This document shows, one piece after another, positions 1-7,751 of a stretch of 64,000 nt of DNA (its first letter is position 1; each line of letters starts with the position of its first letter). The DNA is from Oligoflexales bacterium (GTDB lineage: Bacteria > Bdellovibrionota_B > Oligoflexia > Oligoflexales > RGVZ01). The stretch covers positions 579,904 to 643,903 of the forward strand of contig CANLUT010000002.1 in the NCBI GenBank assembly GCA_947494335.1, read 5' to 3'. The notes below the pieces were generated by a model. That model searched no databases. It was not told the origin of the DNA and worked only from the letters and a program-made list of their open reading frames with translations. A program made the translations under genes and the position numbers.

Positions 1-188
1 TGAAGGGCTTTCTTGTAAGACTCGACTGCCTCCCGTAGAAGGCCGTCTTTTGCAAACTGGTTACCTTGTTGAACAAAATTCTCTTGAGCAGTATCCGTCT
101 TTTGAGCCGACACTTGCTGAATGGTTTGACAACTAATCGCAACAATTGCGGACGCAAATAAACTGACCCAAAGTCGTTTGGACTGCAT
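1..188 (-). CDS. Lipoprotein, N-terminal fragment (gene runs off the window start)
   Basis: The minus-strand ATG (complement of 186-188) opens a frame reading MQSKRLWVSLFASAIVAISCQTIQQ..., a signal peptide with a lipobox-like Cys. A TPR-like stretch, FAKDGLLREAVESYKKAL, follows. It is absent from the ORF track because it is open-ended. Confidence 0.45.
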   Translation of the reverse strand, partial: MQSKRLWVSLFASAIVAISCQTIQQVSAQKTDTAQENFVQQGNQFAKDGLLREAVESYKKAL

Positions 189-222
189 GCGACAAATCTC
201 CTTAATATGTCCTAATTATAAC

Positions 223-251
223 AAAAAAAGCCTGAGTCAGTTACTCAGGCT
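223..251 (-). terminator. Rho-independent terminator downstream of the 279-611 gene
   Basis: Perfect 9-bp stem AGCCTGAGT / ACTCAGGCT (229-237 / 243-251) with a 5-nt loop. The A-run at 223-229 is the T-tract on the minus strand. Confidence 0.6.
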
Positions 252-278
252 ACTTTTTGCTTAATACTTTTGGCCGCT

Positions 279-611
279 TCAATCGGTGGTGTAGAACTCT
301 TCAAAGAGAGACCAGCAGCGACTATCATTAGAGTAAAACGATAGATTAATTTTGGCCTTGGTCCATTCCTTGTAATTGGCCATTTTATATGAGTAATAAC
401 GGAGGGATAGGTTGCCGTTGCGTCCTGTAGTCATAGAGTCTGGCGTCGGCATAAAGTCATCTAAAAAATAGCACTCATTACCGGCATTCTTCATGTAGGG
501 AACGTGCACGGCCGTCGCTGTCAGGTCCGAGGCAAAGAATGCTGCTCGACACGATGAGATCGCAGCAAGAAGCGCAAGCCCAAGCAGTCTTTTAGCTAAT
601 TTATCGCTCAT
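279..611 (-). CDS. Hypothetical small secreted protein or lipoprotein
   Basis: 110-aa ORF. The N-terminus LLGLALLAAISSC looks like a signal peptide with a lipobox. A terminator follows. No family recognised. Confidence 0.5.
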   Translation of the reverse strand: MSDKLAKRLLGLALLAAISSCRAAFFASDLTATAVHVPYMKNAGNECYFLDDFMPTPDSMTTGRNGNLSLRYYSYKMANYKEWTKAKINLSFYSNDSRCWSLFEEFYTTD

Positions 612-715
612 AACGATCCCTGTTTTATGCTAAAAATATCTTCATGAGATCTTGTCGGAGTATTCCAAAAAACCTTTAGATCCAAAGCTACACGAGGGTT
701 TGAAACAAAGGAGTC

Positions 716-1891
716 TTGATGTTGAGGAAAATTAAAATTTTGAGCTCTTTGCTAGTCATTTCCTGTACTACCCCAGAGACCAAGCAGATCGAATCAAATT
801 GGGGTGAGCTCGGCAAGGCGGGAAAGATTACCTGTAATCAGTGGCCGGTCAGGGAAACGGAGCTGGACGTTTCCCAGATGTTGGCATCGTCTACTGTCGG
901 TGGTGGATTTATTGCAACCATGAGAATGCGAAACGGCAGTCAAATTCCTGTATTTGCAGATGGAAAATCGTCTTCAGATTTGGATGGCGAAGAGTTTGTC
1001 ACGCTGCCGATTGGCCGTTTTGCGCACGTAGTCGGTCTCGCTGAATGGGCTGGAGAACCCATAGCCTTTATCATTCAGAATCGAAATGATCGTGCGTGGC
1101 TAGAGATTCGTGCTGTGAGAAATAATCGTTTGGTCTCCAGGATGCCAACCCCGATTGAGGGCGACGTTTACTCTGGAAGGATTTCGCTGACTGCAAAAGG
1201 TTGGTGGCTTCAGTTAAACCACGGTGAAGCAGAGGCTTCATTTGTTAAGGTCACTCCCGAGGCTGATTCAGAGTGGCGTTTTTCTTTAGCTCCTTTAAAG
1301 ACGTCAACTCGATTTGCTTCCATTGTCTCAAATGGTTCGGATTTGGCCGGGCATGTGGTCGAGTTTGTGCGAGGTAAAAATGACAATGTCAGCCAATTTA
1401 AAGTCACCAAGCTAGATAATAGCGGAAAACCTAAAAATCTGGGTACCGTCAACGTGCCAACTAAAGGCGGTCTGGAAAGCTGGTCAGCCGCGGCGATCGG
1501 TAGCCGGTTGATGTTGGCCGTGGTTCGCGGAGACTCCATGATTGGTCAGGCTTCGCTGATTGTGGCAGCCATTGCTGGTACAGGGGGGGAGCTAAAACTG
1601 GAGTGGAGTAAGGAGTTTCCCTTTGATGACGTGCACTTAGCAGAGCCAGCGTGGGTCGGTGATGGTTCCAAAGCCATGATCGGCATCATGAAATGGATGG
1701 ACGGGGAGGGCGCTCTCAGTCGTTTCCGGGTTGACGCCTATAAGGTGGACGCGTTAGGGGATGTTGGAGTGTTTGAAAAAGGCACGGTACTGGTGGCTGG
1801 TTATCTGAATGAACGTTCGGATGGTGTTGGGGCCTTCAGATATCGTGAAAATGAACTTTGGAAGTACAAAATTTGCAAGCTGACACTTTAA
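716..1891 (+). CDS. Hypothetical lipoprotein
   Basis: 391-aa ORF. The N-terminus MLRKIKILSSLLVISCTTPE is a signal peptide with a lipobox Cys. No family recognised. Confidence 0.6.
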   Translation: MMLRKIKILSSLLVISCTTPETKQIESNWGELGKAGKITCNQWPVRETELDVSQMLASSTVGGGFIATMRMRNGSQIPVFADGKSSSDLDGEEFVTLPIGRFAHVVGLAEWAGEPIAFIIQNRNDRAWLEIRAVRNNRLVSRMPTPIEGDVYSGRISLTAKGWWLQLNHGEAEASFVKVTPEADSEWRFSLAPLKTSTRFASIVSNGSDLAGHVVEFVRGKNDNVSQFKVTKLDNSGKPKNLGTVNVPTKGGLESWSAAAIGSRLMLAVVRGDSMIGQASLIVAAIAGTGGELKLEWSKEFPFDDVHLAEPAWVGDGSKAMIGIMKWMDGEGALSRFRVDAYKVDALGDVGVFEKGTVLVAGYLNERSDGVGAFRYRENELWKYKICKLTL

Positions 1892-2775
1892 ATCAGAACG
1901 GCGGTATCCTGAAGACTCTCGAAGTCTTCGCTGCTGATATCAAGCTGTCGCACAGTATTTTTGCTTTGCCGTTTGTTGGCGTCGCGTTAACCATGACAGG
2001 ATTATCCGGACTAACCGCCACGAGATGTTTGCAGATTGTGACGTGTATGATTTTGGCGCGAAGCTTTGCAATGGGTGCCAATCGTTATCTTGATCGACAC
2101 ATTGATAAGGAAAATGAGCGAACTAAATCTCGCGCACTACCTGCGGGGCGCGTCAATGAATCTGCTTACCTGCTTGTTACTTTGTGTTGTGCGGTAGCTT
2201 TTGTACTCATGGCCTTTACTCTGTCAAATCTGGCAGGATTTTTGTCACCGCTATTACTGTTGGTGTTGGGCTTTTATAGTTTGATGAAGAAGATTTCATG
2301 GGGCACACACTGGTATCTTGGTTTTTGCTTGGGTTTGGCGCCCATTGCCACGCAGTTGGCTCTGTACGACGAGGTTACTCGGCCCATCATTTTACTGGGT
2401 ATGGCAGTGACATTTTGGACTGCCGGTTTCGACATTTTATACAGTCTCCAGGACCGAGAGTTTGATCGTAGTAACGGTCTTCACAGTGCTCCGGCTATGC
2501 TTGGCCACAAGAAAGCAATTTGGCTAAGCAGACTATCTTTTGTCGCTATGATTTTATGCTTAAATTTTGCTGGCCGTGATTTTGGCGCAGGATTTTTGTG
2601 GGGTCTTGGCGTTGTCTTTGTTGCCTTGATACTTGGTTTTGAGCATTGGCTAATCAGGGATGCAATGACGCAGGGAACGTCTAAAAAAATTAATGTCGCT
2701 TTTTTTAATCTGAATGCGCTGGTGAGTGTCGTGTTTTTATTTTTTGCGCTGCTAGATTTTTACGGGAAGTCCTAA
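1858..2775 (+). CDS. UbiA-family aromatic polyprenyltransferase (UbiA/MqnP-like)
   Basis: Polytopic membrane protein with the UbiA Asp-rich motifs NRYLDRHIDKENERT and DILYSLQDREFD. A ubiX-like gene follows 1 nt downstream. The 5' end overlaps the previous gene by 34 nt, so the true start may lie further downstream. Confidence 0.8.
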   Translation: MEVQNLQADTLNQNGGILKTLEVFAADIKLSHSIFALPFVGVALTMTGLSGLTATRCLQIVTCMILARSFAMGANRYLDRHIDKENERTKSRALPAGRVNESAYLLVTLCCAVAFVLMAFTLSNLAGFLSPLLLLVLGFYSLMKKISWGTHWYLGFCLGLAPIATQLALYDEVTRPIILLGMAVTFWTAGFDILYSLQDREFDRSNGLHSAPAMLGHKKAIWLSRLSFVAMILCLNFAGRDFGAGFLWGLGVVFVALILGFEHWLIRDAMTQGTSKKINVAFFNLNALVSVVFLFFALLDFYGKS

Positions 2776-2776
2776 C

Positions 2777-3382
2777 ATGCGCCCCGTTCAAAAAATAATG
2801 ATTGGCGTAACTGGGGCTTCGGGCTCCATTTATGCAGAGCGTCTGATTCAGCTTTTGTTAGGATCTGTGGATCGAATTTATTTGGTTGTTACTGAGACGG
2901 GAGAAAAAGTCGCAGCCCATGAGCTATCGTCCGATTCAATCCTGAGACGAAGTTTCTCTGGAGCTCTCTCTAAAAAAGAGCTCACCATTATTCGAATATT
3001 CAAAATCAATGATCTATTTGCTCCCTGTGCAAGCGGTACCGCAGCTCCTGATGCGATGGTAGTGACTCCCTGTAGCATGGGAACATTAGCGCGAATATCA
3101 ACCGGTGTTTCGAGCAACTTACTGGAGCGAAGTGCAGATGTGGTGCTCAAGCAAAAACGCCGATTGATTGTTTGTCCAAGGGAGATGCCATTCAATTTAA
3201 TTCATTTACGAAACATGACTGCGTTGGCGGAGGCAGGAGCGGAGATTTTGCCGCTGATGCCAGGCTTTTACCAAAAGCCAAAATCACTTGAGGACCTGGT
3301 CAATTTCTGTGTTGGAAAGATTCTTGAGCAGCTAGATATTCCACACGATTTATATAAACCATGGAACAGTCGGATGATGTAG
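2777..3382 (+). CDS. ubiX: Flavin prenyltransferase UbiX/Pad1 family
   Basis: 201 aa. IGVTGASGSIYAERL and VTPCSMGTLARI are typical of UbiX flavoproteins. Tightly coupled to the upstream UbiA-like gene. Confidence 0.85.
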   Translation: MRPVQKIMIGVTGASGSIYAERLIQLLLGSVDRIYLVVTETGEKVAAHELSSDSILRRSFSGALSKKELTIIRIFKINDLFAPCASGTAAPDAMVVTPCSMGTLARISTGVSSNLLERSADVVLKQKRRLIVCPREMPFNLIHLRNMTALAEAGAEILPLMPGFYQKPKSLEDLVNFCVGKILEQLDIPHDLYKPWNSRMM

Positions 3383-3390
3383 CTTGCTCA

Positions 3391-4659
3391 TCAAGAGCTA
3401 AGAGAATACTTCATCTTTAAGGAATCAAGAGTTGATTTGATCAGCTGCTGATGAGCAAAATCAGTCGTTTCTAAGTCAATTTCAACGTCTACATCGCTAT
3501 AGTACATCGCGCCAAAATGTCTGTTGTGCCTGAGATCAATCAAGTTAGCACCTGTGCTGCCAAGGGCTTTTAAAAGCTCAGCCAACTGCCCAGGTCGGTC
3601 AGCCATTCTTACAGTGAATCGCATCATTCTGCCTGTTGTGATGAGTCCGCGGTTAGCGATACGTCCAAGCAGCGTTACATCTATGTTGCCCCCTGAAATA
3701 ACACAACAAACGGGCCTGCCGCCGGCTAGCTTCTTTATATGCTCACCGTGAACCTGAAGTGCAGCAACACCGGCTGCACCACAACCTTCGGCCAGCACAT
3801 GGTCTTTCTCCATTAAGCTCATGATTGCTGCAGCGATCTCATCATCTGAAACAAGTAAAACTTCATCCAAATAATGCATTGCTAGTGAAAGGGTTCTGGA
3901 GCTCGGTCTTTTAACGGCAATCCCGTCAGCGATCGTCATGCCAGACGTACTTCCGGTTACTTTTTGAGCGGCAATGGATTGTTTCATTGCAGGAAATGCC
4001 TCTGTTTGAACACCGATTATTTTGATATCTGGTCGTATAGTCTTTGCCACGCAACTGATACCGCCTGCAAGGCCTCCCCCGCCGATCGGTATAACAATGG
4101 CCCCAATATTAGGTAGTTGATCAAGAATCTCAAGTCCAGCCGTACCTTGCCCGTTAATCACAGCAGCATCAGCGAATGCGTGAACTAATAGTCCCCCGTT
4201 ATCCTTTTGATATTGGGACGCAGCAGCATACGCGTCGTCGTACACGGTTCCGGTCAAAACAACCTGCGCACCGTGGGATTTCGTCGCCGAAACTTTAACG
4301 ATAGGGGTTCTCTCTGGCATGAATATCTTTGCTTTTCTTCCAAGTAACTTAGAAATGTAAGCAACGCCCTGAGCGTGGTTGCCAGCACTTGCCGCGATCA
4401 CCTCTTCCCCGGGATGACCTTGGTGAGAAAGCAGTGAGTTTGCTGCACCTCGAATCTTAAATGATCCGCTGATATTAAAATTTTCGAGTTTATAGTAGAT
4501 CTCGAAGCCGAGAAGAGCCGTATTAGACAGGCTTTTAGATACGGGTGTTGGAGGAACATAGGGAGCAATACGCAATCTAGCCTGCTGAATCTCATTGAGA
4601 TTCACCTCCTGTTTGGTGATGTTCCAATCCAGTGGTGGTGCAGCTTCATGGAGCGACAT
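3391..4659 (-). CDS. ilvA: Threonine dehydratase (PLP-dependent, with C-terminal ACT-like domain)
   Basis: Motifs SGSFKIRGA (PLP lysine), SAGNHAQG and PIGGGGL, plus a C-terminal regulatory domain. I moved the start to ATG 4659 (MSLHEAAPP...). The 93-codon upstream extension in the ORF track looks non-coding and would overlap the gene at 4738. Confidence 0.85.
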   Translation of the reverse strand: MSLHEAAPPLDWNITKQEVNLNEIQQARLRIAPYVPPTPVSKSLSNTALLGFEIYYKLENFNISGSFKIRGAANSLLSHQGHPGEEVIAASAGNHAQGVAYISKLLGRKAKIFMPERTPIVKVSATKSHGAQVVLTGTVYDDAYAAASQYQKDNGGLLVHAFADAAVINGQGTAGLEILDQLPNIGAIVIPIGGGGLAGGISCVAKTIRPDIKIIGVQTEAFPAMKQSIAAQKVTGSTSGMTIADGIAVKRPSSRTLSLAMHYLDEVLLVSDDEIAAAIMSLMEKDHVLAEGCGAAGVAALQVHGEHIKKLAGGRPVCCVISGGNIDVTLLGRIANRGLITTGRMMRFTVRMADRPGQLAELLKALGSTGANLIDLRHNRHFGAMYYSDVDVEIDLETTDFAHQQLIKSTLDSLKMKYSLSS

Positions 4660-4737
4660 AAAACCTCTCAATAGTATAAAATAGTAGATGTATCCGAATT
4701 TCAGACACCCTCCCATCATAATTGTAAAGGGTCGCCC

Positions 4738-5454
4738 ATGTCTACCGTATGGCTCGTTGGTCAACCTGATGATTGGCAAGATGAATTTGCCGAGACTCTG
4801 TCTGGTTTTTTTGGTATCCGGCGGATTGCCGGCCTTAGAAACTTTGGTCGATTGATAACAATTGCTGACGAGCCAGTAGATCAATGTGCATATTGCATCA
4901 TAAGGCTGACCCCATCTGATCCTGTCATGAGTATTCATGCCTCTCTATCCAGATTTTTACGTGAACATCACCCATCACAAGTCTGTGTTGTGGGTGATTT
5001 GACTAACGAACAGCGTAGCTTGCTGGAAGGACTGGGCGTTGCGAATATTGGATGGCCTAGTGATATGATTCAAACAGCAAAACTTATAAAGTCGCTCATT
5101 AGACCATCTGGGCGTAACTCCGGGGCATCATCTCGATCCGATTTCATAACATTTGGCGATGTAGAAATAAATATACCCAAAGGCCGTCTTAGAATCCTAG
5201 CTACTGGTGTTGATGAACCCCTGACGCCAAAAGAAATCAGAATTGTACAGGTGCTTTCGTCTGCTATGAATACGGCCATAGGGAGAGACGAGCTTATCGA
5301 CCAGGTGTGGGCTGGCTTGAAAGTATCCTCTAGCACTGTTGACAGTCATATGTCGAGATTAAGGAAAAAATTTGAGCAAAGCTTCGAATGCCAGCTTGAA
5401 ACCAAATACGGCTGTGGATGGATTCTTTCAGTCAGCGGCGCTGCAAATCGATAA
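4738..5454 (+). CDS. OmpR/PhoB-family winged-helix DNA-binding protein with an atypical (pseudo-)receiver N-terminus
   Basis: The C-terminus LTPKEIRIVQVLSSAMNTAIGRDELIDQVWAG...VDSHMSRLRKKF matches the Trans_reg_C pattern. The N-terminal half has a receiver-like beta/alpha pattern, but I cannot place a phospho-acceptor Asp. Confidence 0.7.
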   Translation: MSTVWLVGQPDDWQDEFAETLSGFFGIRRIAGLRNFGRLITIADEPVDQCAYCIIRLTPSDPVMSIHASLSRFLREHHPSQVCVVGDLTNEQRSLLEGLGVANIGWPSDMIQTAKLIKSLIRPSGRNSGASSRSDFITFGDVEINIPKGRLRILATGVDEPLTPKEIRIVQVLSSAMNTAIGRDELIDQVWAGLKVSSSTVDSHMSRLRKKFEQSFECQLETKYGCGWILSVSGAANR

Positions 5455-5461
5455 TATTTTG

Positions 5462-7642
5462 CTATACAGCTGAAAGTGGTTTTTTAGGCGTAGAGCTCTC
5501 GTTATTTTCTACAAGCTTATTGTCATCAATTCCCAGATCAAATACTGCCAAAGTTTGAGGTTTCGCATCGTCCAAGTCTAGAGCCAATTCCTGTATTACA
5601 GGAATTGGTGCGATGGCTTGTGGAGGCGGCGGCGGAACGTTCTGAGATTCGGACATATTATTAATCGTAACATTGGACGGCCTAACCCATGCCTTGCTGA
5701 CTTCTGCAACGACGATGGTGACATCGTCTTGAAGATTTTCGCTACCGAAAAATTGCTGGCCAAGTGTTAACGTTCGACTCTTTATCTCTAGAATATTTTG
5801 ATCGCCCCAGGTCGATACCGCGTCAACAAGCGCCTTTCGTCCAATTGGATCGCGATCAACTAGTTGATTTTCAATAAGACCGTCAGTAAATAGGAATATC
5901 TTATCGCCTGGGTAAAAATCCATCGACTTCTCGTTATAAGTGATCTCTTTGTCGACACCTAATGGTGTTCCCTGCAAAGTTACGGTAATTGGGACCGTTG
6001 GCATCTTTTGACTCATTCTTCTTGCAGATTTTCCCAGCCGAGGGTCATCTTTGTTTCCTGTTAAAATGAATGGAAAGTTATGACCAGCATTCGCATAGGT
6101 CACTTTGCCCGTATTAAAATCGAACACTGCCACAAAAAATGTCATGCTGATTTTGCCGTCGACGGCATCCATAATAATAGAGTTTAGACGTCTAAGAAGT
6201 GTTGCAGGAGATGGGTCCAATCCGGTGTTCTCGCTCAAGAAGATAGATACTGATTGACAGACGGCGTAAGCAATTGCTGTGACAAGAGCGGCTGGGGCCC
6301 CGTGTCCCATCGCGTCTGCGATGTACATTAGCTCCACGCCTTCTTTGATGGTGTAATGTCCCCACAGGTCTCCGCCACATTCAGTTGCCGGTTGATAACT
6401 TCCGGTCACAGCAAGGTGGGTTTTCACGATGTCCTTTTTGGGGAAAAAGGTTGATTGAACCATTCTGGCGGTTTCGAGCTCCTTCTCAAATCTCGCCTTT
6501 TCAACTTCTTGACTCATAAGCATCTGAATTCGAGTGGCCATGTTGTTCACGCTATGGCTTAATTCAGAAACCTCGTCACTACTTCGGGGCTGAACGCGAA
6601 CAGAGAAATTTCCACTTGCGATTTTTGCAGTAGCAGAGACCAAGTCTCGTAGATTTTTTGTGATGCCATTGGCAGATATAAAGCTTGTCATCGCAGCAAG
6701 AAGAAATATTAAAACGCCCCAGAGAGCCGACCTAATGTATGTCTTTTGAACGACCTGAAATGCTGCAGCTCTGTCCCGCTCAACAATAGTCAGGAGGCGA
6801 AATCCCCTAGGCGTCTGCGCAAAGGATCCTATTTTTGCCTTGCCGTCAGCGCTAGAGAATTCCGGTGAAAAGCCTGATGGTGCGCGACGCATCAAAGCCA
6901 TTTTCACGAGCTCGTGTCTTTCGACCGGCTTTTTGCTAAATAACCGCTGCTCATTAGTTGACGCAAATATTGAGCCATCAGTTGTGATCACGTAACCGTT
7001 TGTTGTTCGGCTTTGAGGTAGCGACAACTGGATTTTTGTCATTGTAGCGGCTGCCATCATCATTGCAAATTTCGATGTCTGACCTGGAATTCTAAAACGG
7101 ACAGCAATCAGGGCTGTTGGAGTCTCTGTCTGTGGCGAAACATTTTTAATAAAGCGATCACCCTCGAATCGTCCTGGATTTACTGCCAAAAAATTAGCAA
7201 GCTCGTTCATCGATCCATCCAGAGACTTTATCTGATCAGGTTTCAGCGGCATGTCCTTGTTTTTTTCAACCATCTGTTGTGCTTGCCGTAGTACCTTGTA
7301 GTTTTTCCCATCGATGAGATAAAGCTTTAGAATGATGAAGTCTCTCTCTGCTCGCATGGCACCTTGAAGCTCTAAATCATTGCCTTGCGTATCTGTTTTA
7401 GATGCCGTCATCTTTGAGGTTGTCACCGAAAGCTGCCCGATCCAGCCCTCTAGAATTCCGGAAATGTCGGCGGAAGATCTCTCGGCAATCACATTCGTCG
7501 ATTCTTCGATGGTCTGCAGAATGTAGGCGCTAAATTTATTTGTAAACTGAAGCGTTAAAGGGATCACGCTTAGCAATACGACGATTGTCATCAAGTATGC
7601 GAGTTTTGCTGTCAGTGAATGTCGGGCTGGGCGCTGCGACAT
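5462..7642 (-). CDS. Membrane sensor with HAMP domain and PP2C/SpoIIE-type Ser/Thr phosphatase domain (RsbU-like)
   Basis: N-terminal TM, a roughly 270-aa periplasmic region, a second TM, then a HAMP-like segment (ASGNFSVRVQPRSSDEVSELSHSVNNMA). SpoIIE motifs follow: GGDLWG...YIADAMGHGAPAAL, NAGHNFP, LFTDGLIE. Confidence 0.8.
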   Translation of the reverse strand: MSQRPARHSLTAKLAYLMTIVVLLSVIPLTLQFTNKFSAYILQTIEESTNVIAERSSADISGILEGWIGQLSVTTSKMTASKTDTQGNDLELQGAMRAERDFIILKLYLIDGKNYKVLRQAQQMVEKNKDMPLKPDQIKSLDGSMNELANFLAVNPGRFEGDRFIKNVSPQTETPTALIAVRFRIPGQTSKFAMMMAAATMTKIQLSLPQSRTTNGYVITTDGSIFASTNEQRLFSKKPVERHELVKMALMRRAPSGFSPEFSSADGKAKIGSFAQTPRGFRLLTIVERDRAAAFQVVQKTYIRSALWGVLIFLLAAMTSFISANGITKNLRDLVSATAKIASGNFSVRVQPRSSDEVSELSHSVNNMATRIQMLMSQEVEKARFEKELETARMVQSTFFPKKDIVKTHLAVTGSYQPATECGGDLWGHYTIKEGVELMYIADAMGHGAPAALVTAIAYAVCQSVSIFLSENTGLDPSPATLLRRLNSIIMDAVDGKISMTFFVAVFDFNTGKVTYANAGHNFPFILTGNKDDPRLGKSARRMSQKMPTVPITVTLQGTPLGVDKEITYNEKSMDFYPGDKIFLFTDGLIENQLVDRDPIGRKALVDAVSTWGDQNILEIKSRTLTLGQQFFGSENLQDDVTIVVAEVSKAWVRPSNVTINNMSESQNVPPPPPQAIAPIPVIQELALDLDDAKPQTLAVFDLGIDDNKLVENNESSTPKKPLSAV

Positions 7643-7751
7643 AATGCTCCGTTCCTTGGATGTTCAACGGTGTCATCGGTCGTCTATCCAGGAAGTTGAG
7701 AGTGAAAACTAAACTTTCGGCGAAATTTACCGATAGAGAAATGGTTGGGAG

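Noticed and set aside
4660-4938. 93-codon N-terminal extension of the ilvA ORF in the supplied track.
   Set aside because: The extension has no dehydratase-like sequence and overlaps the divergent regulator gene. A clean ATG at 4659 gives a normal-length enzyme.
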